Below are positions 1-11,350 of a DNA stretch of 64,000 nt, piece by piece. The DNA is taken from IMG/VR virus record IMGVR_UViG_3300011253_000949, positions 2,614 to 66,613 of that record, one strand, 5' to 3'. Made by a program: the position numbers and the translations under genes. Position 1 is the first letter of the stretch. Each line of letters opens with the position of its first letter. The notes under the pieces were generated by a model. That model had not been told where the DNA came from. It did no database searches and was given only the letters and a program-made list of their open reading frames with translations. This DNA is from a virus.

Positions 1-2
1 TG

Positions 3-1523
3 GAAGCTGTTGAGTATACCATCGAAACAAAGCAACCAGTGATTGCCATTCAAAATGGTGAGACAGAAGTTGAAGAAGAAGTTGTTGTTCGTAACCAACC
101 AACACTGGATATCTTGCATTATGAAAATTTGTTTTTGGATCCATCTGCAGAAGGCAACATCGACAAGGCAAACTTTGCAGTTCTCTCTTTCGAAACCTCA
201 AAAGCAGAGCTGATCAAAGACGGCCGCTACAAGAATCTCAAAAAGGTAAACTTCTCAACCAACACACCGCTGACAACCCCTGACCACGCTTCTGAGCTAG
301 ATGCTTCACAGGAATTCAAAGACGAACTTCGTCGTCGTATTGTAGCCTATGAATACTGGGGCTGGTACGATGTGAATGGGGATGACACATTGGTTCCTAT
401 TGTTGCTACCTGGATTGGCAACACGATGATCCGTATGGAAGCAAACCCCTTCCCTGATGAGAAGCTCCCAATTGTTATTGTCCCGTATCTGCCATTGAAG
501 CGATCAATCACCGGTGAACCAGATGCTGAGCTGCTGAGTGAGAACCAAGCAATCTTGGGTGCTGTCACACGCGGCATGATTGACTTAATGGGTCGATCTG
601 CAAACGGACAGACAGGCTATGCCAAGGGCATGCTCGATGTGGTCAACAAGCGTCGCTTTGAATCTGGTGCTGATTATGAATTCAATCCGAACATTTCACC
701 AGCGATCGGTTTCTACAGTCACAAGTATCCGGAGATTCCCAACTCTGCTTTGCAGATGCTACAGATCCAGAACAGTGAAGCAGAAGCACTGACAGGCGTT
801 AAGGCCTTCTCAGGTGGTCTCTCTGGTGAAGCCTATGGGGAAGTAGCTGCTGGCATCAAAGGCATGCTGGACGCCTCTTCTAAGCGTGAGATGGCTATCC
901 TGCGTCGATTGGCTCAAGGCATCTCTGAGATTGGTCAGAAGATTGTCTCGATGAACCAAGTCTTTTTGTCTGAAGAAGAAGTGGTTCGGATCACCAACAA
1001 AGAATTCAAGATTGTTCGTCGTGAAGACATCCAGGGTGAATTTGATCTTGAGGTAGACATTACCACAGCTGAGATCGACGAAGCACAGGCACAGGATCTG
1101 TCCTTCATGCTGCAAACCATGGGCTCTACTATGGAGCTGCCAATGGTACAGATGATCTTGTCTGAGATTGCCAAGCTCAAGCGTATGCCTGCACTGGCTC
1201 AAAAGATTCTCGACTTCCAGCCTACTCCTAACCCAGCAGCCGAAGAAGCGCAGCAACTTGAAAACGCTAAGCTCAAAGCAGAGATCCAAGAGATTGAGTC
1301 TAAGATCAACTGGAACAATGCACGTGCTCGTGCTGAAACATCTTCTGCAGATCAAGCAGATCTGGACTTTGTTGAACAAGAGACAGGGACCAAACATGCA
1401 CGGGATATCGACAAGCAGAAAGCCCAGGCAGAAGGCAACTCTAAGCTGGAGATCATCAAGAGCTTGGTGGATACGGAATCCCCAGGAAACATAATTGACG
1501 CTATCAATTATGGATCTTCTTGA
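3..1523 (+). CDS. Portal protein (N4 gp59-like), 5' truncated by the window edge
   Basis: Frame is open from the window start; sequences VAYEYWGWYDVNGD, NPFPDEKLP and ILGAVTRGMIDLMGRSANGQ are typical of N4-like portals; lies upstream of the capsid module. Confidence 0.9.
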   Translation, partial: EAVEYTIETKQPVIAIQNGETEVEEEVVVRNQPTLDILHYENLFLDPSAEGNIDKANFAVLSFETSKAELIKDGRYKNLKKVNFSTNTPLTTPDHASELDASQEFKDELRRRIVAYEYWGWYDVNGDDTLVPIVATWIGNTMIRMEANPFPDEKLPIVIVPYLPLKRSITGEPDAELLSENQAILGAVTRGMIDLMGRSANGQTGYAKGMLDVVNKRRFESGADYEFNPNISPAIGFYSHKYPEIPNSALQMLQIQNSEAEALTGVKAFSGGLSGEAYGEVAAGIKGMLDASSKREMAILRRLAQGISEIGQKIVSMNQVFLSEEEVVRITNKEFKIVRREDIQGEFDLEVDITTAEIDEAQAQDLSFMLQTMGSTMELPMVQMILSEIAKLKRMPALAQKILDFQPTPNPAAEEAQQLENAKLKAEIQEIESKINWNNARARAETSSADQADLDFVEQETGTKHARDIDKQKAQAEGNSKLEIIKSLVDTESPGNIIDAINYGSS

Positions 1524-1605
1524 AGGGAATTGACCTAAGCCACTGAGTTTTGTTACATAACTACCACACCACACCACCCCAAACCATATCACTGAGGATA
1601 TACAA

Positions 1606-1947
1606 ATGTCAGATGTAGAGCAGATCGAACTAAGTATGAGCCAAGCAAAGAAACTTATTGAGCGGAAAGACACCCTAAACCGTCTTTTTGAGCACAAAGA
1701 TTTCAAAGCCCTGATTGTTGAAGAGTACTTCAACGATGAAGCCGTTCGTCTCGTACATATGATGAGTGATCAGTCCATGGCTGAATACCGTGAGCAGATC
1801 ATCAAAAACATGGATGGCATTTCCACGCTGCGTGAGTGGTTCCGTGTTGTGAAACAGATGGGTGAAGCTGCTGAGAACGAACTGGCCGAAGCTCAAGAAG
1901 AGTACATCGAAGCCCTTGCTGAAGAAAACATGGGTGAGGAGGTATAA
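1606..1947 (+). CDS. N4 gp58-like conserved protein
   Basis: 113 aa, GAGGA RBS, DFKALIVEEYF motif, position after portal. Confidence 0.75.
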   Translation: MSDVEQIELSMSQAKKLIERKDTLNRLFEHKDFKALIVEEYFNDEAVRLVHMMSDQSMAEYREQIIKNMDGISTLREWFRVVKQMGEAAENELAEAQEEYIEALAEENMGEEV

Positions 1948-1949
1948 CT

Positions 1950-3206
1950 ATGAGCGATCCAAAATATGACACCATGTCTGATGAAGACATCGCAAACATG
2001 GAAGTGCCTTCTGACATCGACATTCCTTTTGATGAGGATGCCGCTGACTTTGAAACAGAGACAGCTGGAGAAGATGACGAGCCTACATCTGTAGAGCAGG
2101 TCAATCCAGAAGATGATGATGTTACACCAGAAGGTGACGGCACACTCGAGTCTGTCATTGGTTCCCCCCTTCAAGCTGAGGAAACAGATGATGATGAACC
2201 AGCTGCTGAGCCTGCTGTGGATGATGAATCTGAGTCCGAAGAGGCTGCAGCTCCAGAACCTGAGAAGGCTGGAAAAGAAAAAGCTGAAGAGGAAGCCTCT
2301 GAAGAAGATCCAGCCGAAGAGAAACCTGCCGAGGCAGAAGCAGCTCCAGACTACGAGGCTGCTTACAAAGAGATAATGAAACCGTTCAAAGCGAACGGCA
2401 AAATGTTCACGCCTAAAGATCCTCATGAAGCCATGCGGCTCATGCAGATGGGTGCGAACTACACAAAGCGTATGCAAGCACTCCAACCAAGTATGAAGAT
2501 CCTTCGTATGTTGGAGAACCAGGGCTTGATGGATCAAGAGAAGTTGAACTTCCTGATCGACATCAATGCAAAGAAACCTGAAGCCATTGCCAAGCTTTTG
2601 AAGGATGGTGACATCGATCCAATGGATCTGGATGTCTCATCTGAGAGCAATTACCGACCCAGCAATCACAGTGTTAGTGATCAAGAGATGACATTCCATT
2701 CCGTGTTGGAAGAGGTGCAAGCCACTTCACACGGACAAGAAGTCATCTCCGCTATCAACGATGACTGGGATCAAACAAGCAAAGAAGCCTTGTACAAAGA
2801 ACCCCAAATTCTGCAGACCATCGCAACGCAGAAAGAGAATGGCATTTATGACATGATCTCTTCTGAAATTGCGCGTCAGCGAACCCTTGGTAATTTGACA
2901 AGCACATCATTCCTAGATGCTTACAAGCAAGTAGGAGACCACCTCCACTCACAGAATGCGTTCACGCCGGAAGCTATGGCTGCAGGAGCACAGGCCAGTG
3001 CACCTACTCCCCCTACTCAGGCATCTGAACTAGCACCTATGGCCCTGGAGAGTCGTCCTGCCAAAGCTAAGAAAGCTCCATCGAGTGATGCACGTGCGAA
3101 AGCAGCTGGCCCTGCTAAATCGACACGTCCCGCGGCCTCACCCCCAATCGATGTCTTTTCCCTGACGGATGAGCAGATCGAAGCGATGACTCAAATTCCC
3201 GTCTAG
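1950..3206 (+). CDS. N4 gp57-like protein (acidic N-terminus; probable scaffold/head assembly)
   Basis: [15 protein letters not shown] and EKLNFLID conserved blocks; directly before the major capsid gene. Confidence 0.8.
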   Translation: MSDPKYDTMSDEDIANMEVPSDIDIPFDEDAADFETETAGEDDEPTSVEQVNPEDDDVTPEGDGTLESVIGSPLQAEETDDDEPAAEPAVDDESESEEAAAPEPEKAGKEKAEEEASEEDPAEEKPAEAEAAPDYEAAYKEIMKPFKANGKMFTPKDPHEAMRLMQMGANYTKRMQALQPSMKILRMLENQGLMDQEKLNFLIDINAKKPEAIAKLLKDGDIDPMDLDVSSESNYRPSNHSVSDQEMTFHSVLEEVQATSHGQEVISAINDDWDQTSKEALYKEPQILQTIATQKENGIYDMISSEIARQRTLGNLTSTSFLDAYKQVGDHLHSQNAFTPEAMAAGAQASAPTPPTQASELAPMALESRPAKAKKAPSSDARAKAAGPAKSTRPAASPPIDVFSLTDEQIEAMTQIPV

Positions 3207-3229
3207 GGGATCAAATAAGGATTGTAATC

Positions 3230-4417
3230 ATGCAAGTTTACAATGATCCAAACACCACGCCATCATCCATTGAAGGTGCTGGCTCCTCTCAAATGAATAC
3301 CTTCTTCTGGTGGCGGAAGGCTCTGGTTGAAGCACGGAAAGAAATGTTCTTCATGCCGATGGCGTCTGTAAAAGACATGCCTAAGCATATGGGCAAAGAG
3401 ATCCGTGTGTATCACTACATCCCACTGCTCGATGACCGCAACGTCAACGATCAGGGTCTCGATGCTGCTGGTGCAGTACATGCTGACGGTAACCTGTATG
3501 GTTCCTCGAAGGACATTGGCGTTATCTCTTCGCGTATCCCAACGCTGACTGAAAACGGTGGCCGCGTTAACCGCGTCGGTTTCACACGTATTCAGCGTAA
3601 AGGTTCGATCACCAAGTTCGGCTTCTTCCATGAGTTCACACAAGAATCCATGGATTTTGACAGCGATGCAGAACTGTATAGTCACCTCTCCACTGAGATG
3701 GTTTCCGGTGCTGTTCAGCTGACTGAAGCTGTCCTGCAGAAAGAGCTGTTGGCTGGTGCTGGCGTGATCATCTACACAGGTGACTCCACTACAGACATCA
3801 CTGTTGATGGTGAATCTGCTGACCCAGCTGTGGTTGACTATGCAGACCTGATGCGTCTGTCACGTATCCTGTACGACAACCGCACTCCAAAGCAGACCAA
3901 GGTTATCGCTGGTTCCCGAATGATCGACACAAAAACGATCAATTCCGGCCGTGTGATCTACATTGGTTCTGAACTGGAATCCACTGTGCGTCAGATGGTT
4001 GACTCGTTTAGCGACAAGGCATTCATCTCTGTTGAGCAGTATGCAAATGCAGGCACAATCCTGAACGGCGAAATCGGTACGATCGATCAGTTCCGTATCG
4101 TGGTTGTTCCTGAGATGCTGCACTGGGCAGGTGCCGGCGCTGCTGTAACCACTAACCCTGGTTACGAAGAAGATGGCGGCAACTACAACATCTACCCGAT
4201 GCTTGTTGTTGGTGCAGAGAGCTTCACCACAATTGGTTTCCAGTACTCTGGCAAATCAATGAAGTTCAAGATCACTACCAAGATGCCTGGCAAAGAGACT
4301 GCAGACCGCACTGACCCATACGGTGAGACCGGCTTCAGCTCGATCAAATGGTATCACGGTACAATGATCCTGCGCCCTGAGCGTCTGGCTGTCGTTAAGA
4401 CCCTCGCAAAGGTCTAA
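3230..4417 (+). CDS. Major capsid protein (N4 gp56 family)
   Basis: [45 protein letters not shown] and [13 protein letters not shown] are N4-gp56 signature sequences. Confidence 0.97.
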   Translation: MQVYNDPNTTPSSIEGAGSSQMNTFFWWRKALVEARKEMFFMPMASVKDMPKHMGKEIRVYHYIPLLDDRNVNDQGLDAAGAVHADGNLYGSSKDIGVISSRIPTLTENGGRVNRVGFTRIQRKGSITKFGFFHEFTQESMDFDSDAELYSHLSTEMVSGAVQLTEAVLQKELLAGAGVIIYTGDSTTDITVDGESADPAVVDYADLMRLSRILYDNRTPKQTKVIAGSRMIDTKTINSGRVIYIGSELESTVRQMVDSFSDKAFISVEQYANAGTILNGEIGTIDQFRIVVVPEMLHWAGAGAAVTTNPGYEEDGGNYNIYPMLVVGAESFTTIGFQYSGKSMKFKITTKMPGKETADRTDPYGETGFSSIKWYHGTMILRPERLAVVKTLAKV

Positions 4418-4455
4418 GCCATATTGAGCCTGCTCCCCTGAGTGGGCTCAATTAG

Positions 4456-4496
4456 TCAGGGCAACGTTTCCTCCCGAATGTTGCCCTGATATTTTC
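4456..4496 (+). terminator. Probable intrinsic terminator after the capsid gene
   Basis: TCAGGGCAAC...GTTGCCCTGA stem followed by TATTTT; a second hairpin TTGAGCC...GGCTCAA lies at 4424-4451. Confidence 0.6.
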
Positions 4497-4519
4497 ATCA
4501 AACACTGAGGATCACTCCC

Positions 4520-5137
4520 ATGAATGACCAAGCTGAAATGATCGAAGAGACCCAAGCAGACGAAACCCAGATCCAGGAGCCTACAGACACTGAGATCTTG
4601 GATGCTTTGAAAGCCAAAGCAGACCTGATTGGTGTTTCGTACTCCCACAAAATTGGTACTGCTGCTCTGCGCAAAAAGATCAAAGATCACATTGAAGGGG
4701 TTGAGGAAGATGAGGCAACTGCCACACCCGAACCCAAGACAATGAGCAAAGCAGAACGCTATGCATCCATCCGCCAAAAGCAGATGAAAGAGTGCATGGC
4801 TCTGGTGCGTGTACGCATCACAAATATGAACCCAGACAAAGCTGACCTTGGTGGTGAGATCTTTGCTGTTGGAACCAAGTACATTGGTACAGTGAAGAAA
4901 TACATTCCCTACGGTGAAGCCACTGACAACGGGTATCACGTACCTAAGATCCTGTTGGATCAAATGAAGCAACGTGAGTTCTTGTCTGTGAAGTCTGTAC
5001 AGAACCGCAAGACTGGTCAGATGGATATTACCCAACGCTGGGTACGTGAGTTCGCTATCGAAGAGCTCCCTCCCCTGACGGAAAAAGAGCTCAAGGATTT
5101 GGCAACTCAACAGGCTGCCAAAGTAGGTATGGACTGA
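4520..5137 (+). CDS. N4 gp55-like protein
   Basis: LVRVRITNMNPDKADL, GTVKKYIPYGE and FAIEELPPLT motifs; synteny. Confidence 0.85.
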   Translation: MNDQAEMIEETQADETQIQEPTDTEILDALKAKADLIGVSYSHKIGTAALRKKIKDHIEGVEEDEATATPEPKTMSKAERYASIRQKQMKECMALVRVRITNMNPDKADLGGEIFAVGTKYIGTVKKYIPYGEATDNGYHVPKILLDQMKQREFLSVKSVQNRKTGQMDITQRWVREFAIEELPPLTEKELKDLATQQAAKVGMD

Positions 5138-5328
5138 TGGCTGTTACAAACCCTGGCTTCAATCCAAGCGGAAGCGTGCTTGTGGGTGAAATCAAAGCTG
5201 CAGCTCTTGTTCTGGAAAAGATTATTAAAACGATTGAACCAGGACGCAGACGTAATATCGCACTTACCCATCTGGAGACTGCCTCAATGTGGGCAGTCAA
5301 ATCAGCGGTGGTAGGTGATCAAGAATAA
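5137..5328 (+). CDS. Small Acb2/Tad1-like helical hairpin protein (putative nucleotide-signal sponge)
   Basis: EPGRRRNIALTHLETASMWAVKS resembles the C-terminal helix of Tad1 (RENACALTHVEEALMW) and Acb2 as I recall them; translationally coupled to gp55 (TGATG). Confidence 0.6.
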   Translation: MAVTNPGFNPSGSVLVGEIKAAALVLEKIIKTIEPGRRRNIALTHLETASMWAVKSAVVGDQE

Positions 5329-5359
5329 AGAGCAGGCTTGTTTTCAGGCCTGCACTTTT

Positions 5360-5398
5360 AAGAGATCCTTTGTGCTCCTCAGGCGGGGATCTCTTTTT
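5360..5398 (+). terminator. Intrinsic terminator
   Basis: AAGAGATCC...GGATCTCTT stem followed by a T run. Confidence 0.65.
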
Positions 5399-5420
5399 AA
5401 CATGAGGCAAGGAGAGTGGC

Positions 5421-6551
5421 ATGTCAGATTGCAACAATGACGTAGAAGCAGAAGCTCTCTATGTTGCGTTAGGGGATGAGGCAGATTTTGCCATTCCCGC
5501 GGTAGATCTAAATGGAGCTGAGTTCACCATACCAGCTGAGCTAGACAATGATCTGTACACGTCACTCTCACGCCTCACTGAGGCTGATCTAACCACTCGT
5601 AAGCTGGAAGGCACAGGCCTCTTTGATGGCCTCATGGAAGCCACCAACGCACAGCTACAAGAGCAGTATGACTCTGGGCGTATCACCGGCAGTGAATTTG
5701 CATCTGCGTATGTGAGCGGCCTCCAGTCTGCTATGGGCAATGCAGTTCAGTATCTGCTGAGCAGAGACACAACACATTGGCAGGCAGTTGTAGCCCAACA
5801 GCAAGCACGTGCAGCAGAGCTCGAAGTCGTCAAGACACGCCTTATGGTCGAAGAGTCCAAAGCTCGGATGCTGGCAGCTCAGCTCGATGTGAAGACCAAG
5901 GCAGCTCAATTGGCTCTCGGTAAGATGCAGCTGGTCAGTGAAGATGTTCGTACATGTCTGCTTCGGGTTCAGAAGAGCCAAGCAGAATACGAGCTGGCAA
6001 ACATCTTGCCAATCGAACTGGCAAAAGCTCAGGCACAGATTGCAGCAACAGATGCTGGCACACTGCTGACAACTTCTCAGAAAGACAAAACGCTGTATGA
6101 AACAGCAAGTGTCCTTCCGGCACAGGTTGCGAAAATCAACTCGGAAAAAGAAGTCAGCGACTACACTTGGGAAACTGTCATGCCTGCACAAGTTGCTGGG
6201 ATCACGGCAGACACTGTGGGCAAAGTGTACAACAACGATTTCATCCTGCCTGAACAACGTGCCAGCATTCAGGAACAGACTGAAGCACACAGAGCCAAGA
6301 CCTCGGATACCCGCTCTGATGGGGTCACTCCAATTGCGGGTGCAATTGGCAAACAGAAGGATCTGCACACACAACAGGTCAAGAGCTATCAGGATGACAG
6401 TCAGACCAAGCTTATCAAAATCCTCACAGATACATGGATCACTGGTAAATCAATGGATGAAGATTATGGTATTCCAACTGCCTTTGAGAAGTCGTTCGTT
6501 AACTCAGCCGTAGCTGCTCTGCGGGCAAACCTCGGACTGCCGGCTTCCTAA
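5421..6551 (+). CDS. N4 gp54-like virion structural protein
   Basis: GTGLFDGLM, QYDSGRITG and GKQKDLH motifs; synteny. Confidence 0.8.
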   Translation: MSDCNNDVEAEALYVALGDEADFAIPAVDLNGAEFTIPAELDNDLYTSLSRLTEADLTTRKLEGTGLFDGLMEATNAQLQEQYDSGRITGSEFASAYVSGLQSAMGNAVQYLLSRDTTHWQAVVAQQQARAAELEVVKTRLMVEESKARMLAAQLDVKTKAAQLALGKMQLVSEDVRTCLLRVQKSQAEYELANILPIELAKAQAQIAATDAGTLLTTSQKDKTLYETASVLPAQVAKINSEKEVSDYTWETVMPAQVAGITADTVGKVYNNDFILPEQRASIQEQTEAHRAKTSDTRSDGVTPIAGAIGKQKDLHTQQVKSYQDDSQTKLIKILTDTWITGKSMDEDYGIPTAFEKSFVNSAVAALRANLGLPAS

Positions 6552-6553
6552 GC

Positions 6554-8884
6554 ATGGGAATTTTCTCATCTAGTATCAAAACATATGTGAGTTCGTCGGT
6601 GTATAATTTGGCTGGGGATGAAGATCTCCGGCCGAACTTTTTGAGCACCACTATTGTTGGTTCTGCTGTCATAAATGAAAATGCCAGTACAGGAAGTGCC
6701 ATCATCTCTGCCATGTTTAAAGGCAACGGGATGAAGCAAAAACAGTTCTTTTTGTGGGCTAAGGCCAAGTATGGTCTGGGCATGCCGGTTGGTACGATCA
6801 GTGGTGACGCTGGCGTAGACACAGCCACGGTGAAGTCAGGCATTGCAGCTACTCTCACCCTGGCAGCCAATGAGACAGTCCGTGTGACACGAGCACTGAT
6901 TGATGATGCTGATCCAGATTACTTTGCAGAAGATTGGATCAGAAAGAACTACCCAACTGAGCTGAACAACGCATGGAGTGTGGAGTACAACAGTTTTAAT
7001 GGCATGCTCGAAATCAGCGGTGCATGGGGTGTAGCTTACGTTGCGCCTTCTGCAGATCTGGTTTGGGGATTGGACCGATCTAGCGATCGTAAGTTGCTTT
7101 ACGCGTTGTACTCGGTTTTGACCGAAGACACGACGACGGGTGAGATTTCTGAAAGCACACCTGAGTATTTTGTCTACCGAATGAACTCAGGCAACGTGGT
7201 CTTTGACACCCTCTATACTGAGCCAACGGTGATTGCTGAGTTCTTTCCGGCAATCCCACTCCGACTGAATAATGTGCCTATAGATGACGCAAGTTTGGCA
7301 AGTACCTATGCAACCGTGAAGACCGCTTACAGGCGCTTGACCGGTAAACCGGTCAGCGACCTGCTCGCTACCATCGAAGACAATGAACAGATAGACGATG
7401 TGGACTTTGCTTTCTTGGTTCAAGCTGTCTCACTGAATGTGAAAGAAGAAGACTGTAAGGCCTATCTTTATGAATTCTTCTTGTATCTGGCTGGTCTTCA
7501 ACAAACCAACAAACAGACATTTATAGACTACGAAGCACAGCTTCAGCAGTACAAGCTTGATGCAAGCACATGGGACAGATGGGCTGGTGCACGCGAACGT
7601 GACCCATTCAATCCAGCGTACCAGGAAGATGCGCCTGTTGTAGCAGATCCAGCATTTACACCTCCTACAATCAATGAGCTGAAGGTGGTTGCAGAGAACC
7701 TGACTGAGTATGATTTCAGGCTGCGGTGGGCATTTATCAATGAGACCCAGCACATCGGTAATGCGGCTCGATATGATGGAAACAAAGAACGAGTACTTCT
7801 AAAGAAGGGTAAATATTGGTTCCATCTTGTTGAAGATTACACGGTCAAAACTCGGACGCTGAACACACAGGGTGGTGAAGCAGAGAACGCTGGACAGTAT
7901 GAGTATCTGGATGTCCCCTACTCACGGGTTTATCTGCTACATCAACACAAGCAACTTCAGTATCGAAAGCTGGAGCTGGTTGGTCTTGAGCACCGGAACT
8001 ATGTGTACAACTCAAAGTCTGTGATCATCACAGGCAGAGAAGCACTGGAAGATGAGGAGGAGTCAGGATTCCTGATCCCCCTGCACTACCCTACCCTCAA
8101 GAACTTGAGCTTGGTCAAAGCCACTCAGATGACAACGGCAAATACCTTCATTGTCTTCAACTCGTACCAAGAGGTGAAGGTAAAATGGTATCAGAAGAGC
8201 ATCTTCAAGATCCTCGTGGTTCTGGCTTCAGTTGCCATCGCAGTCATATTCCCCCCAGCAGCAGGCCTAGGAAGCGCCACAGGCATCTTTGGGACCAATG
8301 CTGCGGTAGGTGCACTGGTTGCCGGCGCAGGAGCTTCTGTGGCTACAGCAGCCATTGTAGGGGCTGTGGTGAACGGTCTTGCAGGGATGCTGATTGCGAA
8401 CCTCATTCAGAAGTATTCAACCAAGATTTTTGGTGACAAACTTGGAGCTATCATTGGAACGCTGATTAGCTTTGTAGCATTCAACTATGGTGCTGAGTTT
8501 TTTCAGACTGGAAGCTTTGACATCGACTGGACTGCCATGATGCGTGCAGACAATCTCAGGGCACTGACAGACTCTGTACAAAATGCAGCAAGCAACTGGA
8601 TGGCAGCAGATACCGCAGAGATCTATGAAGAGATCGAAGGTCTGGATGCCAACTACAAAGATGAGATGGACAAGATCGCAGCACTGACAGAAGAGATCAT
8701 TGGACTGACTGGAGAGCCATTTGATCCTATGCTGCTGACAGATGTTCGCATGGAATATGGAGAACCAAGTGACGTATTCCTTGACCGTACCTTGCTCACT
8801 GGTTCAGACATTGCAGAACTCACACATAGCTTGATTGATAACTTTGCTGATCTTTCACTCGAACTTCCAAAGAAAATGGGCTAA
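6554..8884 (+). CDS. N4 gp53-like structural protein with hydrophobic C-terminal segment
   Basis: YVSSSVYNLAG N-terminus, FFPAIPLR and KWYQ motifs; synteny. Confidence 0.8.
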   Translation: MGIFSSSIKTYVSSSVYNLAGDEDLRPNFLSTTIVGSAVINENASTGSAIISAMFKGNGMKQKQFFLWAKAKYGLGMPVGTISGDAGVDTATVKSGIAATLTLAANETVRVTRALIDDADPDYFAEDWIRKNYPTELNNAWSVEYNSFNGMLEISGAWGVAYVAPSADLVWGLDRSSDRKLLYALYSVLTEDTTTGEISESTPEYFVYRMNSGNVVFDTLYTEPTVIAEFFPAIPLRLNNVPIDDASLASTYATVKTAYRRLTGKPVSDLLATIEDNEQIDDVDFAFLVQAVSLNVKEEDCKAYLYEFFLYLAGLQQTNKQTFIDYEAQLQQYKLDASTWDRWAGARERDPFNPAYQEDAPVVADPAFTPPTINELKVVAENLTEYDFRLRWAFINETQHIGNAARYDGNKERVLLKKGKYWFHLVEDYTVKTRTLNTQGGEAENAGQYEYLDVPYSRVYLLHQHKQLQYRKLELVGLEHRNYVYNSKSVIITGREALEDEEESGFLIPLHYPTLKNLSLVKATQMTTANTFIVFNSYQEVKVKWYQKSIFKILVVLASVAIAVIFPPAAGLGSATGIFGTNAAVGALVAGAGASVATAAIVGAVVNGLAGMLIANLIQKYSTKIFGDKLGAIIGTLISFVAFNYGAEFFQTGSFDIDWTAMMRADNLRALTDSVQNAASNWMAADTAEIYEEIEGLDANYKDEMDKIAALTEEIIGLTGEPFDPMLLTDVRMEYGEPSDVFLDRTLLTGSDIAELTHSLIDNFADLSLELPKKMG

Positions 8885-8931
8885 GGTAAGCAAACCACAC
8901 CACACCGCGTCATACCGCATCGGAGAACAAA

Positions 8932-9558
8932 ATGGGACTAAGTATTGAACCAGTAAGAGTACCACTTCCTCTTTTGGGAAGCAGCCAACCTTCTGGTGGG
9001 TATGATTGGAACAGCTCTACATTTGGAAACAAGCAGCCCATGAGTGTGTTTGGAACATCCCTTCCAGGCCCACAACTAGCAGGCCCAGCAGTACCTGTGG
9101 TTCAGCCTGTAGGTCCAGGTAATATGCGGCCGCGTGCACGTATGTCGACCAATGGTGGTGGCGGTGGAACAGATGTAGCTCCATTAGGCTTTGGTAGTCA
9201 GTACGACAACAACGTGTCTATTTATGGAGCACAGGCTGCACTGGATTGGCAGAACAAAGGTATGATGGGTAAGACGTTCACAACACCTGGAGGTGGACTG
9301 AACTTCGATAACATCAGCAGTGTCTTGAGCGGTGTCGGTGCAATTGGTGCTCTGTGGGGTGGTATCCAAGCGAACAAGATTGCAAAAGATTCACTGAACT
9401 TTCAGAAAGAATCTTACGCAACAAACCTGAACAACCAGATCTCCAGCTACAACACAGCTTTGGAAGATCGAGCATCATCAAGAGCCAACTTTGCCGGCAC
9501 TGCAGAAGCACAAGACAAAGCGCAAGCATACATCGCAAAACATAAGCTAGGAGATTAA
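8932..9558 (+). CDS. N4 gp52-like ejection protein
   Basis: Gly-rich with C-terminal NQISSYNTALEDR motif; precedes gp51 and vRNAP. Confidence 0.7.
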   Translation: MGLSIEPVRVPLPLLGSSQPSGGYDWNSSTFGNKQPMSVFGTSLPGPQLAGPAVPVVQPVGPGNMRPRARMSTNGGGGGTDVAPLGFGSQYDNNVSIYGAQAALDWQNKGMMGKTFTTPGGGLNFDNISSVLSGVGAIGALWGGIQANKIAKDSLNFQKESYATNLNNQISSYNTALEDRASSRANFAGTAEAQDKAQAYIAKHKLGD

Positions 9559-9560
9559 TC

Positions 9561-11297
9561 ATGGCAGTTGGTGGACGCCTCACATGGCAGAACGTTGCGG
9601 CTCCCAGCTTTCGGGATGCTCTGGTAGGTACTCAGATGGGTACAGGAATGATCACAAATGGCTTTGATAGCCTTGCTGGGATTGCTGGTGACATTCGTGC
9701 ACGTCAGAAAGATGCAGCTTCAGCCACTGCCATTAGTGAAGCACTGAAGTTCAATGATGCAGGGCAGTTCGAAAAAGCCATGGCAAATGGTGGATTGGCT
9801 GGTCTGGGCATTGATCCACGCAACCTGAATGAAGGTGCTCTGAAGTTCTTTGCAGATCGTGGCAGTGAGCTTCTGGATCAAGACAACACACAGCTTGGTA
9901 TGCAGAACACACAGCAGCAGATGAGTATTGCTGCAGCTGAGGAACAGTCTCGTATTGCTGACGATGCTTTCAATATGCCTAAGCGTATTCGTGATGAAGA
10001 AGAAGACAACCGCCTTTCCATTCTCACTGAGAATGCTCGTGTATTGGGTCTCAAAGCTCAGACTGATGTTGGCACCATGGCAAACACAGCGCTGAACCGT
10101 GAAGAGGTACAGCAGCAGATCATTGACATGAAGCTCGATGAGACAACTGAGAAGGCATACCTTGATGCTCTTGTTAAGGTAGATGAAGCCAACTTTGCTG
10201 TGAAGGATTCTACACGTCGGGACTTCACGACAGGCAACACAGCATCTCGTGAAACCGTTTATGCTCTCGACACATTTGACGTAGCGATTGACACATCTGT
10301 ATCGACAAATCCTACACTGCGCGCATTGGATACAGCTACAAGACAGTATGATGGCATCGCTGATCCAGTTGCTAAAGCTATTGAGAATCTTGGTGGTGTG
10401 TTGGGTGAAGATGGCCTCTTTACTCAAGGTGCTGGATCACTCCGTAAAGATGCAAATGACCGCGTAAGGATCTTCAATGTTGCTCCGGAGCTTGTTGCTG
10501 CATTAATGGAAACCAACCTTAAAAAAGGTGCTGCTATACGTCCTGGCGATCCCCAAAATGTCGACTGGGATGAAATTGATAAAGTACTTGGGGAAATCAA
10601 AACCGGCGGTGGTTACGCTGCGGCTCAAGCTCAGATGACGGACGTGAAACGTCAACGTGATGAAGTACAGCGTTTGCGGGATGATTTCCAACGAGCAAAT
10701 GAAAAAGCCATGCGCTTGCGTGATGTGGATCCTCAACGGTATGCGGCCGCTGATAAACAGCGTGATGCAGCTATGAAAGCCATCCAGCTGTATGCGGAAA
10801 AAAACACCAATAACGTTGGTGGCGGTGAAGTAGCAGACACACTTGGTGGTGGTGGCACAGGAAGCGCACAAACCGTACAAGCTGATGTACTAAGGGTAAA
10901 TCCTGATGCACCTAGAGAAGAACGCCGTAACCAGATGAATGCTGAAGCTGACGCTTTGATGAATGCAGTGGTTCAACGTGGTGGTATTCCAGGTCAGGTG
11001 TCTGCAGGTAGTCCTGCAGTGCTTGACAGCACTGATGCATACTCCCAAAAACGTACAACCCAAGATGAGACAAAAATCAAAGCTGCTGCAAATGCTGCAC
11101 ATGCTGAGTGGAAATCTATGAGTAAAGCTGAACGTGAAGAGCGTGGTTTGCCAACAAGTAAGTTAGCAGCGCAAAACTACTTTTCCCCAAACAAGTGGCT
11201 ACAGCAGGACACAGCTGCAAGAAATGGGGCAGAACCAACTCAGATTATGAGAGATGCTTATCAAGCCTACGCTCGCAGAAACCAACTTGCTCGGTGA
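9561..11297 (+). CDS. N4 gp51-like internal virion/ejection protein
   Basis: LTWQNVAAP N-terminus; Cys-free on reading; directly upstream of vRNAP. Confidence 0.7.
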   Translation: MAVGGRLTWQNVAAPSFRDALVGTQMGTGMITNGFDSLAGIAGDIRARQKDAASATAISEALKFNDAGQFEKAMANGGLAGLGIDPRNLNEGALKFFADRGSELLDQDNTQLGMQNTQQQMSIAAAEEQSRIADDAFNMPKRIRDEEEDNRLSILTENARVLGLKAQTDVGTMANTALNREEVQQQIIDMKLDETTEKAYLDALVKVDEANFAVKDSTRRDFTTGNTASRETVYALDTFDVAIDTSVSTNPTLRALDTATRQYDGIADPVAKAIENLGGVLGEDGLFTQGAGSLRKDANDRVRIFNVAPELVAALMETNLKKGAAIRPGDPQNVDWDEIDKVLGEIKTGGGYAAAQAQMTDVKRQRDEVQRLRDDFQRANEKAMRLRDVDPQRYAAADKQRDAAMKAIQLYAEKNTNNVGGGEVADTLGGGGTGSAQTVQADVLRVNPDAPREERRNQMNAEADALMNAVVQRGGIPGQVSAGSPAVLDSTDAYSQKRTTQDETKIKAAANAAHAEWKSMSKAEREERGLPTSKLAAQNYFSPNKWLQQDTAARNGAEPTQIMRDAYQAYARRNQLAR

Positions 11298-11350
11298 TAT
11301 GCATGGCTCCCCTACCCTACTAAAATACCCTCCCCATAAGGTTACATAAA

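Noticed and set aside
810-1733. Long antisense ORFs (here and opposite many other genes)
   Set aside because: They shadow well-supported genes, have no RBS or motif support, and are explained by codon bias
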